Source: a bacterium (GTDB lineage Bacteria > Krumholzibacteriota > Krumholzibacteriia > LZORAL124-64-63). From it: 64,000 nt of DNA. Made by a program: the position numbers and the translations under genes. The notes under the pieces were generated by a model. It had not been told where the DNA came from and ran no database searches. It saw only the letters and a program-made list of their open reading frames with translations. Of this stretch, positions 11,726-20,759 are shown one piece after another (the stretch's first letter is position 1; each line of letters opens with the position of its first letter). The stretch lies in contig JAGRNP010000001.1 in assembly GCA_020440705.1 (NCBI GenBank), positions 51,787 through 115,786 on the forward strand. The letters run 5' to 3'.

Positions 11726-12552
11726 GTTTCCTCGACGCCCTCGGCGACCACGCCTTCCTGCGCTACGCCCTGCTCGCGGGCGTGCTGGCCTCGATCCCCT
11801 GCGGGGTCGTGGGCAGCTTCGTGGTGATCCGCCGCATCAGCTACATCGCCGGCGGCATCGCCCACTCGGTGCTCGCGGGCCTGGGCGTGGTCCACTACCT
11901 GCAGGTGGTGCACGGCTTCACGGCGATCAGCCCCATGGGCGGCGCCGTGATCGCGGCGCTGCTGAGCGCGGCGGTGATCGGCGGCGTCAGCCTGCGCCAC
12001 AACCAGCGCGAGGACACGGTCATCGGCGCGGTGTGGGCCATGGGCATGGCCACCGGCATCGTCTTCATCAGCCTGACGCCCGGCTACACCACCGACCTGA
12101 TGAGCTACCTCTTCGGCAACATCCTGCTGGTGTCGGCGGCCGACCTGAAGCTCATCGCCCTGCTCGACGTGGTGGTGCTGGTGACGGTCGGGCTCTTCCA
12201 CCGCCAACTGCTGGCCGTGTGCTTCGACGCGGAGTTCGCCGCCCTGCGCGGCGTGCACGTGCAGCGGTTCACCTTCCTGCTGCTCGGCCTGACCGCCCTG
12301 ACGGTGGTGCTGCTGGTGTCGGTGGTGGGGATCATCCTGGTGATCGCGCTGCTCACCCTGCCCGCCGCCCTGGCCAACCTCTTCGCCCGGCGCCTGTGGC
12401 AGATGATGCTGTTCGCGGCGCTGCTCTGCGTGGGCCTGACGTCGGCGGGCCTGGCCATATCCTACGGGCCCGACCTGCCGGCGGGCGCGGTGACGATCCT
12501 GCTGACGGGCGGGGTGTTCTTCCTGACGTCGGTGCTGCGGAAGCGGGCCTGA
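11722..12552 (+). CDS. znuB: Zinc ABC transporter permease
   Basis: TTG start overlapping the znuC stop (TTGA). LSFLDALGDHAFLRYALLAGVLASIPCGVVGSFVVIRRISYIAGGIAHSVLAGLG..., an 8-TM ABC-3 family permease. Confidence 0.82.
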   Translation: MSFLDALGDHAFLRYALLAGVLASIPCGVVGSFVVIRRISYIAGGIAHSVLAGLGVVHYLQVVHGFTAISPMGGAVIAALLSAAVIGGVSLRHNQREDTVIGAVWAMGMATGIVFISLTPGYTTDLMSYLFGNILLVSAADLKLIALLDVVVLVTVGLFHRQLLAVCFDAEFAALRGVHVQRFTFLLLGLTALTVVLLVSVVGIILVIALLTLPAALANLFARRLWQMMLFAALLCVGLTSAGLAISYGPDLPAGAVTILLTGGVFFLTSVLRKRA

Positions 12553-12609
12553 CGGATCGCGACCACCGCGGAAACAAAAACGCCGCCGGGTGACCGGTGG
12601 CGTCTTGTT

Positions 12610-12963
12610 TGGTGGAGGCGGCGGGAATCGAACCCGCGTCCGTAACCGGTTCCCCGGCGACATCTACATGCTTAGCCGCTTGTTGTTTAACCCGGGAAGA
12701 GGCCCAGCGGCCCGCCGCTTCAGGGGCTAGCCTCACTTTTGTTTCGCCCCGCGACCAGAGGCCTGACGCGGAACTATCCACCGTAAATGGCGCCCCTTGG
12801 CGGCGGTACGGTGGCCCCCCACCGCCGGGACGGGCAGCTTAACTAAGCCGCCAGTGCGAAGTTGTTTTCGTCACTTAATTGGTTTCCACCCGTTTAACGA
12901 GACTGGCGGGATCTCGGCATGCAGTCCCCGGTCCCCCGACCACGTCGAAACCAGGTCGCCCCC
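12610..12963 (-). ncRNA. ssrA: tmRNA (SsrA), one-piece form
   Basis: The minus-strand 5' end is GGGGGCGACCTGGTTTCGACG... and the 3' end is ...GCGGGTTCGATTCCCGCCGCCTCCACCA. The acceptor stem has a G3:U70 pair (tRNA-Ala identity). The internal ORF AGT GAC GAA AAC AAC TTC GCA CTG GCG GCT TAG encodes a tag ending ...DENNFALAA-stop. Confidence 0.85.
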
Positions 12964-13116
12964 CACATTCAGCGGAGAAGTCCGGGACCGGACCGGCCTT
13001 CAATATAGCACACGGCCGGCCGGCCGGCCACGGCGATCGCAGGGGCTTCCGGCCCGCGGCCGCCCGTGGTACGATGCCGCGGTTGTGCCCCGCACCCCCT
13101 CCCCCGAGGTTCCATC

Positions 13117-15168
13117 GTGAAGTCCCGTCTGACCGTCGCGATCTGCCTGCTGCTGGCGCTCGCCGCGCCGGCGTCCGCCGTCGACCTGCCCCCCGGCGAG
13201 CAGCCGCCGCCGACGCCGCTCAGCCGCCTTGCGGCCGCCGGCACCGCCGACGACCACCCCGGCGCCGACCACGTGGTCGTCTTCGAGCACGCCGTCAACC
13301 GGGTCAAGCCCAGCGGCGTGACCGACGTGGACGGCTACCGCCTGGTGAAGGTGCTCACCCCGCACGGGGCGCGCGACCGCTCGGTGCTCGACTGGCACTA
13401 CGATCCCCAGAGCCAGCACCTGGAGATCCGCGAGGTGAACGTCATCCGCGACGGCGAGCGCCTGCCCGTCGACGTGACGGCGGTGCAGGACCTGCCGGCG
13501 CCCCAGTCGATGATCTACTGGCGCGACCGGGTCAAGACCCTGCAGCTGCCCCGCCTGCGGGTGGGCGACGGCATCGAGGTGCGCACCTTCAGCAAGGGCT
13601 TCACCTACGCGCTGCTGGGCGAGGGCGGCGGCGCCGCGGGCGGCGCTTCCGGAGACGCATCCGGCGGATCGGACGCGGCCCCAGACGACAGTCGCTACAT
13701 CCCCCCCATGCCCGGCGAGTACTTCGACATCGTGCTCTTCCGGGGCGACGCGCCCATCGTCGAGAAGCGCTACGAACTGGTGCTGCCCGCCGACAAGCGC
13801 CTGCACGCCGAGGTGTACAACGGCGGCCTCTACTCGAGCGTGACCTACGACGAGGCCACCACCACCTACGCCTGGTGGGGCCTGGACCTGCCCGCGCAGG
13901 TGCACGAGCCGGCCCAGCCGGACGCCTCGGACATCGTGCCCAAGGCCGTCATGGCCACGGCCGCGAGCTGGGAAGCCAAGAGCCGCTGGTTCTTCGACGT
14001 GAACCGCAACCAGTTCGAGGCCACGCCGGCCATCGCCGCGAAGGTGGCCGAGATCCTCGACGACGCCGGCCTGAAGCGCGCCGACGACGAGCGCAAGGCC
14101 AGGAAACTGGTGCACTGGGTGGCCCAGAACATCCGCTACAGCGGCCAGACCATGGGCGAGGGCGAGGGCTTCACCCTGCATCCGGGCGACATGATCTTCG
14201 AACAGCGCAGCGGCGTGTGCAAGGACATCGCCGGCATGCTCATCACCATGATGCGCGCCGCGGGGCTGGACGCCTACGCGGCCATGACCATGGCCGGCAG
14301 CCGCATCGACGCCGTGCCGGCCGACCAGTTCAACCACTGCGTCACGGCCCTGCGCCTGCCCGACGGCTCGTTCCGCATGTACGACCCGACCTGGGTGCCC
14401 TACAACAACGACATCTGGTCCAAGAGCGAGACCGAGCAGCACTACCTGGTGGGTTCGCCCGAGGGCGAGACCCTCAGCCGCATCGCCTACAGTCCGCCGG
14501 CGGAGTCGCCGCTGAAGATCAGGCACGAGGCGCAGCTCGCCCAGGACGGCACCCTCACCGGCACCTTCCGCTTCGACGGCGGCGGGGCGTCGGACAGCCG
14601 CCTGCGGCGCCTGGTGAACGGGTCGCGCATCCGCGAGCTGGACGCCGCCTGCGCCCGCATCCTGGCCGTGGTCAGCCCGCGCGTCCAGGACGTGCGCTGC
14701 ACCCACCGCGCCGCCGACGACTTCGCGGGCGACATGTGGATCGAGATCGCGTACCGCATTCCCGGCTTCGCCGGCGCGGTGGCCGGCGAGTGGACCTTCA
14801 CCAGCCCGATGATGCAGGTGGTGATGAGCAACGGCACCCTCTTCCGCGCGGGCGCCTCGTCCTGGGCGGACGCGCGCGAGACGGACCTCATGCTGTGGTA
14901 CACCCAGCTCGTGGACGGCGAGGAGACGATCCGGCTGCCGGGCGGCTGGCAGCTCGCGGACGCGCCGGCCGTCGACCCGGTGGACGAGACCTACGCCGCC
15001 TTCAGCGGCACGGCCGCCCAGGACGGCCGCCGCCTCCGCGTGACCCAGCGGGCTGAGGTGCGCCGCCGGCAGATCCCGCCCGACGGGTATCCCGGCTTCG
15101 TCGCCGCCATGACCGCGGCGCGCACCTGGGCCGACCAGGAGTTCCGCTTCACGAAGGGAGGCCGCTGA
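13117..15168 (+). CDS. Secreted transglutaminase-like cysteine protease-fold protein (DUF3857 plus transglutaminase core)
   Basis: A GTG start (alternative ATG at 13066) gives the signal peptide VKSRLTVAICLLLALAAPASA. Core motif ...EQRSGVCKDIAGMLITMMRAAGLDAYAA... carries the catalytic Cys, with His and Asp downstream. High GC3 in frame. Confidence 0.78.
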   Translation: MKSRLTVAICLLLALAAPASAVDLPPGEQPPPTPLSRLAAAGTADDHPGADHVVVFEHAVNRVKPSGVTDVDGYRLVKVLTPHGARDRSVLDWHYDPQSQHLEIREVNVIRDGERLPVDVTAVQDLPAPQSMIYWRDRVKTLQLPRLRVGDGIEVRTFSKGFTYALLGEGGGAAGGASGDASGGSDAAPDDSRYIPPMPGEYFDIVLFRGDAPIVEKRYELVLPADKRLHAEVYNGGLYSSVTYDEATTTYAWWGLDLPAQVHEPAQPDASDIVPKAVMATAASWEAKSRWFFDVNRNQFEATPAIAAKVAEILDDAGLKRADDERKARKLVHWVAQNIRYSGQTMGEGEGFTLHPGDMIFEQRSGVCKDIAGMLITMMRAAGLDAYAAMTMAGSRIDAVPADQFNHCVTALRLPDGSFRMYDPTWVPYNNDIWSKSETEQHYLVGSPEGETLSRIAYSPPAESPLKIRHEAQLAQDGTLTGTFRFDGGGASDSRLRRLVNGSRIRELDAACARILAVVSPRVQDVRCTHRAADDFAGDMWIEIAYRIPGFAGAVAGEWTFTSPMMQVVMSNGTLFRAGASSWADARETDLMLWYTQLVDGEETIRLPGGWQLADAPAVDPVDETYAAFSGTAAQDGRRLRVTQRAEVRRRQIPPDGYPGFVAAMTAARTWADQEFRFTKGGR

Positions 15169-17042
15169 TGAAGAGCCTCACGATCCTGCTGCTCGTGGCC
15201 GCCGCCGGGCTGCCTGCATTGGCCGCCGCCGGCCCCGGCGTCTCGAACGGGCACGACCTCGACGCGCTGTGGGCCCGGGCCGAGGCGGGGCACGACCTCG
15301 CGCGCGAGGACGCCGTGGTGCTGCTCGACGACCTGTCCGTCACCGTCGCCGCCGACGGGACCATCGCCACCCGTCTGCACACCGTCGTGTGGATCGGCAC
15401 CGCCCAGGGCATCCGGCACTACGCCGACCTGCGCGTGCCCTGGAACGCGGCGACGTCCACCCTCGACGTGGAACTGCTGCGCACCTGGCGCGACGACCGC
15501 TGGTGGCCCGACGCCGCACGCATCAGCGAGACGGCCGTGGTGCACACCCTGCCCTACGCCGTGCGCGCCGCCCCCGACTACGCCGACCTGCGGGAGACCA
15601 TGCTGCTGCACGACGGCATCGAACTGCCCTGCCTCGTGGAGACGGCCTACACCATCACGGAGCGGGGCCGGCCGGTGGCGGACGGGTCGTTCGGGTTCCG
15701 CGTCGCGGATCCCGCGGTGCGGATCGCGCGGTCGGTGAGCCTGCCGGCGGGCGGCGAACTCGTCGTCGACGGCCGCTTCGGCGCGCCGGCGGCGCAGCGC
15801 GACGGCGCGTCGTGGACCTGGGTCGCCGAGGACGCGCCCCCCCACGCCTGGCCTGTCGCCGGCGACGTGCGGACCTACGAGCCGACGGTCTTCTGGTCCG
15901 CCGGCGCCGACGCGGCCGCCGCCGGCCGCGCCTGGTCCGACGCCTTCGAGGCGGCGGTGGCCGGGTACGACGCCGACGCCCTCGCTCCCGACCTGGGCGC
16001 CGCCGTGGCCGGGGCCGCCGGTGGCGTGGCCGAGGTCCGGGCGGTGCTCGGGTTCCTGCGCGACACGGTCCGGCCGGTCGGCACCGCGCCGGCGCCCTGG
16101 CGTTTCCGGCCCCGCACCGCTGCGCGCACCTGGGACACGGCGTACGGCCATGTCCTGGACCGGGCGGTCCTCGCCACCGCCGTCCTGCGCGGCCTGGGTT
16201 GGCGCGTGGCGCCCCGCTTCGCCGTCGAAGACGCGGCGTCGGTCGACCACGCCCTCGAACTGGGCCGCCTGGTGCTGGTCGTCGATCATGCCGGGGACGC
16301 GTCGGCGCTGATCGTCGACGCCGCGACGGGCGCGCTCGGCGACGGCGCCGACGCGGCGGCCCTGGTCGATCCCGCCGCAGCCACCACGGCGATCTCCGAC
16401 GCGCCCGCGTCCGACTTTGCTCTCGTGATCAGCCTCGCGCCCGGGAAGGAGGGCGCCTGGCAGGGCACGGGCCGGCTCGCGACCCGCGGCCTCTTCGCCA
16501 CCGCGGCGCCGTTCCTCGCCGGCGGCGACGGGGTGCGCGACCACGTCGCGGCGGTGGTGGGCTCGGTGCTCCCGGACGCGACGGTGGACGGCGTGAACGT
16601 CCGGCTCGCCGGGCCGGGAAGGCACGAGGTCGAGTTCGCCGTGACGGTGCCCGCGCCCGAGGGCGACGAGATGCGCTTCGTCGTCGGCTCGCCCGCCGGC
16701 GGCCTGCCCGCGGCCCTGCCCCACGACGTGAACGTGGCCGACGCGGCGCGGCAGTCGCCCATCGCCTGGCGCGGGGCCGCGCGCCAGAGCGTCACCCTGC
16801 GCCTGGATCTCGGCGGGCGCACCGTGGTGCACCGGCCGGCCGATCGCGACCTGAGCGCTGACAGCGGCCTCTTCCAAGCCGTGACGACCGCTGACGACGA
16901 CCGGCTGACCTTCCGGCGCGAGCTCACGCTCGTGGCCGCGCGGGCTCCGGAGCACTGGCCGTCGGTGCGCGGGCTGCTGCTGGCGGAGACCGACGCCGCC
17001 GCGGCGACGATCGTGCTGGGCCCGGCTTCGGCCGCGGACTAG
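15168..17042 (+). CDS. Secreted paralogue of the preceding transglutaminase-like protein (DUF3857/3858-like). It lacks the catalytic Cys, so it is a putative pseudo-enzyme partner.
   Basis: TGATG stop/start overlap with the upstream gene. Signal peptide MKSLTILLLVAAAGLPALAAAGPG. Very high GC3 in frame. The region homologous to the TGase core reads TWDTAYGHVLDRAVLATAVLRGLGW, with no Cys. Confidence 0.62.
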   Translation: MKSLTILLLVAAAGLPALAAAGPGVSNGHDLDALWARAEAGHDLAREDAVVLLDDLSVTVAADGTIATRLHTVVWIGTAQGIRHYADLRVPWNAATSTLDVELLRTWRDDRWWPDAARISETAVVHTLPYAVRAAPDYADLRETMLLHDGIELPCLVETAYTITERGRPVADGSFGFRVADPAVRIARSVSLPAGGELVVDGRFGAPAAQRDGASWTWVAEDAPPHAWPVAGDVRTYEPTVFWSAGADAAAAGRAWSDAFEAAVAGYDADALAPDLGAAVAGAAGGVAEVRAVLGFLRDTVRPVGTAPAPWRFRPRTAARTWDTAYGHVLDRAVLATAVLRGLGWRVAPRFAVEDAASVDHALELGRLVLVVDHAGDASALIVDAATGALGDGADAAALVDPAAATTAISDAPASDFALVISLAPGKEGAWQGTGRLATRGLFATAAPFLAGGDGVRDHVAAVVGSVLPDATVDGVNVRLAGPGRHEVEFAVTVPAPEGDEMRFVVGSPAGGLPAALPHDVNVADAARQSPIAWRGAARQSVTLRLDLGGRTVVHRPADRDLSADSGLFQAVTTADDDRLTFRRELTLVAARAPEHWPSVRGLLLAETDAAAATIVLGPASAAD

Positions 17043-17064
17043 GCACAAGGACGACCGCAACGCC

Positions 17065-17093
17065 GAAGGCGCGCCGGGATCCGGCGCGCCTTC
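17065..17093. terminator. Perfect 13-bp-stem palindrome between convergent genes (DUF3858-like and PrpD)
   Basis: GAAGGCGCGCCGG gat CCGGCGCGCCTTC. Confidence 0.4.
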
Positions 17094-17120
17094 TCGCGTT
17101 CGGCAGCGGTGGGGACGGGT

Positions 17121-18512
17121 CTACTTCTCCGCCACCAGCAGCTTCATGTACGCCTTGATGTCGGTGCACCCGTCGAAGCCCCACGTCGCCTCGATGACGG
17201 CGTCCTGGCGCTCGCGCGAGATCACCGCCTCGCTGTTGGCCCGGAACTTGGCGATCAGTTCGTCGTCGCTGAGCGGGTTCTGCGGGCTGCCCTTGGCGTG
17301 GTCGACGGTCTTCTCGAAGGAGCGCCCGTCGCTGGTCGTGATGGTCGCGATGGCCCGCTTGGTGCCGGGGAACATGGCGTCGATCTCGGCGTTGGCCACG
17401 ACCTTGATCTTGCCGAGCAGCGCCCGGATGCGCGGGTCGAAGAGCTTGTCCTGCTCGAAGCTGTTGGGGTAGACGCCGCCGTCGGCCGCGACGGCCGCCA
17501 GGCAGTAGGGCAGGCTGTGGTCGGCGGTCTCCTTGGTCTGCGGATCGTACTTCGAGGGGTCCGAGAGGATGTCCGCGCCGCGGGCGGTGGTCTGGATGTG
17601 GATCGAGGCCACGTCCTCGGCCACCAGGCCGTTCTCCTTCATGATGCCCTGCACCGCCGACATGGGCTGGTGCGTGAGGGCCTCGGTGGGGAAGGCCTTG
17701 TAGCCGCAGTCGGTGATGAGGAACGTCTCCCCCAGCCCCTCGAGCAGGATCTCCGGCTTCAGCTTCACGGTCGGGATGACGTGTTCGAAGCCCTCCTTGC
17801 CCTCGATGACCTCGACGGGTCCCTCGTAACCCTCGGCGGCCATCTGGGCCGCGAGCACGCCGGCCTGGGTGGCCAGGGGGTCGGCGGTGTTCTTCATGTT
17901 GGTCAGCGCGCCGGCCACGACGCCGCCCTGGGTGTAGTGGCTGCTGCCGCTGATGCCCGCCGCGGCGACCATCTGCGCCCGGTCCAGGCCGTACATGCGA
18001 CCGGCCACGAAGGGGCTCACGAACTGCGTCAGGGTGGCGTGGTGCCAGCCCACCTCGCGCACGCCCGGGAAGCAGGCCAGGCACCAGCGCATCTCCAGCT
18101 CGTACGCGATCATGATGCCGACCAACGCCTCGCGGCCGTCGCGGCCCAGGGCTTCGGCCGGACTGATGGCGCCGAAGATGATGTCCGAGGGATGGCTCGG
18201 GTCCTGCTCCCAGTAGATGTCGTTGTAGTCGAGGGCCCGCACCAGGAGGCTGTTCATCAGGGCCGCGCCGGCGGCGTTGGTCCGGGCGCCGGTGCCGATG
18301 AGCGTGCTCTCGGGCGTGCCGCCCTGGCGGGCGATGAAGCGGTACATGGCGGCCATGTCCCTGTTGTTCACGGCGGCCAGGGCGCAGCCCACGCTGTCCA
18401 GCAGGAAGCGCTTGGCCTCCTTGATGGAGACCGCGGGGATGTCCTCGTATTTCAGGTTGATGGCGAAATCGGCCATCCTGCCGGTCAGGCTGTCTTGGGG
18501 GGCGTGGCTCAT
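17121..18512 (-). CDS. MmgE/PrpD family protein (2-methylcitrate dehydratase / IRG1-like)
   Basis: 463 aa with full-length PrpD-family similarity (...AAGISGSSHYTQGGV...CGYKAFPTE...). GGAGG RBS. Confidence 0.88.
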   Translation of the reverse strand: MSHAPQDSLTGRMADFAINLKYEDIPAVSIKEAKRFLLDSVGCALAAVNNRDMAAMYRFIARQGGTPESTLIGTGARTNAAGAALMNSLLVRALDYNDIYWEQDPSHPSDIIFGAISPAEALGRDGREALVGIMIAYELEMRWCLACFPGVREVGWHHATLTQFVSPFVAGRMYGLDRAQMVAAAGISGSSHYTQGGVVAGALTNMKNTADPLATQAGVLAAQMAAEGYEGPVEVIEGKEGFEHVIPTVKLKPEILLEGLGETFLITDCGYKAFPTEALTHQPMSAVQGIMKENGLVAEDVASIHIQTTARGADILSDPSKYDPQTKETADHSLPYCLAAVAADGGVYPNSFEQDKLFDPRIRALLGKIKVVANAEIDAMFPGTKRAIATITTSDGRSFEKTVDHAKGSPQNPLSDDELIAKFRANSEAVISRERQDAVIEATWGFDGCTDIKAYMKLLVAEK

Positions 18513-18544
18513 CTCGGGTCGCCTCCAGGCGGTCGGGAGTGCGG

Positions 18545-18577
18545 GGATTTCAAACGGGGCGGCCGTAGCCGCCCCGT
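18545..18577 (-). terminator. Terminator-like hairpin downstream of gdhA
   Basis: Stem CGGGGCGGC / GCCGCCCCG with loop cgta, followed on the minus strand by TTTGAAAT. Confidence 0.45.
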
Positions 18578-18618
18578 CGTGCGGGCCGGGCCCGCGTCTG
18601 CATGGGCCCAGTCTAGGT

Positions 18619-19980
18619 CTAGACCACGCCCTGGTCCAGCATCGAGTCGGCGACCTTCAGGAAGCCGGCGATGTTGGCGCCGTTGACGTAGTTGCCCGGC
18701 GTGCCGAACTCGTTGGCGGCCGCCATGCTCGCTGCGTGGATGCTCTTCATGATGCCGTGCAGTTTCTGATCGACCTCTTCGCGGGTCCAGTTGTAGCGCA
18801 TGCTGTTCTGCGACATCTCCAGGCCGGAGACCGCCACGCCGCCGGCGTTGGCGGCCTTGCCCGGACCGTAGAGGATCTTCGCGTCGACGAAGTGGTTCAC
18901 GCCGTCGGGAACCGTCGGCATGTTCGCGCCCTCGCTGACGACGTAGACGCCGTTGCGCAGCAGGTTCTTGGCGTCCTGCTCGTTGATCTCGTTCTGGGTC
19001 GCCGAGGGGAACGCGCAGTCGGCCTTGTGGTCCCACAGGGGATTGTGGTCCATGCCCGGATCGACGGCGGTGTAGACGGCGCCGGGGAACTTGTCGGCGT
19101 ACTCCTTCACGCGGCCGCGCCTGACGTTCTTCAGATCCATCAGGAAGGCCAGCTTCTCGCGCGTGAAGCCCGCCTCGTCCAGGATGTAGCCGCCGCTGTC
19201 CGAGCAGGTGATCGGCTTGGCGCCCAGGTCGAGCAGCTTCTCGATGGTGTACTGGGCCACGTTGCCGGAGCCCGAGACCAGGGCGGTCTTGCCCTCGAGG
19301 GTCTCGTTGCGCGTACCCAGCATCTCGGCCGCGAAGTACACGGCGCCGTAGCCGGTGGCCTCGGGCCGGATGAGGCTGCCGCCCCAGTTCAGGCCCTTGC
19401 CCGTCAGCACGCCCACGAACTCGTTGCGCAGCTTCTTGTACTGGCCGAAGAGGAAGCCGATCTCCCGGCCGCCGACGCCGATGTCGCCCGCCGGGACGTC
19501 GGTGTTGCCGCCGATGTGGCGGAAGAGCTCGCTCATGAAGCTCTGGGTGAAACGCATGACTTCGAGGTCGCTCTTGCCCTTGGGGTCGAAGTCCGAACCG
19601 CCCTTGCCGCCGCCCATGGGCAGCGTCGTCAGGCTGTTCTTGAAGACCTGCTCGAAGGCCAGGAACTTGAGGATGCCCAGGTTCACGCTCGGATGGAAAC
19701 GCAGGCCGCCCTTGTAGGGGCCGATGGCGCTGTTCATCTCGATCCGGAAGCCCTTGTTGACCTGGACCTCGCCCTTGTCGTCCACCCAGGGGACACGGAA
19801 CAGGATGACACGCTCGGGCTCGACGATGCGCTCCAGGATCTTGGCCTTGCGGTACTCCGGACGCTTGTCCAGCACCGGCCAGATGGATTCGACGACCTCT
19901 TCGACCGCCTGGTGGAACTCCACTTCCGCAGGGTTCTTGGCGATGACGTTTTCCATGAAGGCAGCAACGTTCTGGGCCAT
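18619..19980 (-). CDS. gdhA: NADP-specific glutamate dehydrogenase (hexameric 50-kDa class)
   Basis: 453 aa, MAQNVAAFMENVIAKNPAEVEFHQAVEEVVESIWPVLDKRPEYRKAKILERIVEPERVILFRVPWVDDKGEVQVNKGFRIEMNSAIGPYKGGLRFHPSVNLGILKFLAFEQVFKNSLTTLPMGGGKGGSDFDPKGKSDLEVMRF... matches E. coli GdhA along its full length. Confidence 0.92.
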   Translation of the reverse strand: MAQNVAAFMENVIAKNPAEVEFHQAVEEVVESIWPVLDKRPEYRKAKILERIVEPERVILFRVPWVDDKGEVQVNKGFRIEMNSAIGPYKGGLRFHPSVNLGILKFLAFEQVFKNSLTTLPMGGGKGGSDFDPKGKSDLEVMRFTQSFMSELFRHIGGNTDVPAGDIGVGGREIGFLFGQYKKLRNEFVGVLTGKGLNWGGSLIRPEATGYGAVYFAAEMLGTRNETLEGKTALVSGSGNVAQYTIEKLLDLGAKPITCSDSGGYILDEAGFTREKLAFLMDLKNVRRGRVKEYADKFPGAVYTAVDPGMDHNPLWDHKADCAFPSATQNEINEQDAKNLLRNGVYVVSEGANMPTVPDGVNHFVDAKILYGPGKAANAGGVAVSGLEMSQNSMRYNWTREEVDQKLHGIMKSIHAASMAAANEFGTPGNYVNGANIAGFLKVADSMLDQGVV

Positions 19981-20360
19981 TTCGACTCTCCTTTGGTAGT
20001 TGGCATCGTCCGAATCCGAAGCAGCGCCTGGGCGACCCGGGGCGACTCCCGAAACCGTTTGGAAAACATGGAAACCTGTTTATCCGTTGGCAAGGATTTT
20101 CGCCCCCCGGTGTCGGAAATTGTTGCCTCAAAAACGGTTAATCCGGTTCGGTATTTCAAGTACTTGGCGCGCACATTATTGCACAAATGTGTTCAAAACC
20201 GGCGCCGGGCCCTGCCGCAGGGTCGCCAGGCGCCGTGCCGGCGTCCGGCCGCGGGGCGGGCGATCGGGTCGGCGACGGGCTTGCCATGGGCCGGCGGAAT
20301 GGGCAGTATGGCGGTGGGAATCGTCCCACCGCACCCGAAGAGACGGGAAGGAGAAAGACG

Positions 20361-20681
20361 ATGGACTTTCACGAACTGCAGAAGACCCGCGTGGGCGACC
20401 TGCGCGAGATGATGAAGGAGCACTGCCCGGAGACGACGGGAGTCGTCGGCATGAAGAAGGACGAGCTGGTGGCCGCCCTGGCCGAGAAGCTCGGCATCGA
20501 GGCCCCCCACAAGCACGTGGCGGCGGGCCTGGGCAAGCGCGCCATCAAGGCCGAGATCCGCGACATGAAGGTCAAACGCCAGGCCGCCCTCGCGGCCGGC
20601 GACGGCGCCGAGCTGAAGAAGTTCCGGCGCCTGATCCATCGCCGCAAGCGCCGGCTGCGCCGGATGATGTCCCTCGACTAG
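20361..20681 (+). CDS. Small Rho_N/SAP-like domain protein (Rho termination factor N-terminal domain-containing)
   Basis: Strong RBS GGAAGGAGAAAG 5 nt before the ATG. MDFHELQKTRVGDLREMMKEHCPETTGVVGMKKDELVAALAEKLGIEAPHKH... followed by a basic tail KFRRLIHRRKRRLRRMMSLD. Confidence 0.6.
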   Translation: MDFHELQKTRVGDLREMMKEHCPETTGVVGMKKDELVAALAEKLGIEAPHKHVAAGLGKRAIKAEIRDMKVKRQAALAAGDGAELKKFRRLIHRRKRRLRRMMSLD

Positions 20682-20759
20682 CCCCGGCGGGCACCGGACG
20701 CACCAGGGGCGGCCCCGCGGCCGCCCCTGTCCGTATCCGGCCGCTCCCGCGCCGCCCCG

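Noticed and set aside
12353-12781. 142-aa ORF overlapping the tmRNA
   Set aside because: It lies entirely within the ssrA gene, and the tag-peptide reading frame and tRNA-like ends explain the sequence.
13600-13700. GGC/GCG-rich repetitive stretch that looks like a tandem repeat
   Set aside because: It lies in frame within the transglutaminase-like CDS and encodes a Gly/Ala/Ser-rich linker (GEGGGAAGGASGDASGGSDAAPDD). It is not a CRISPR array or a non-coding repeat, and no spacer-repeat periodicity is present anywhere in the window.
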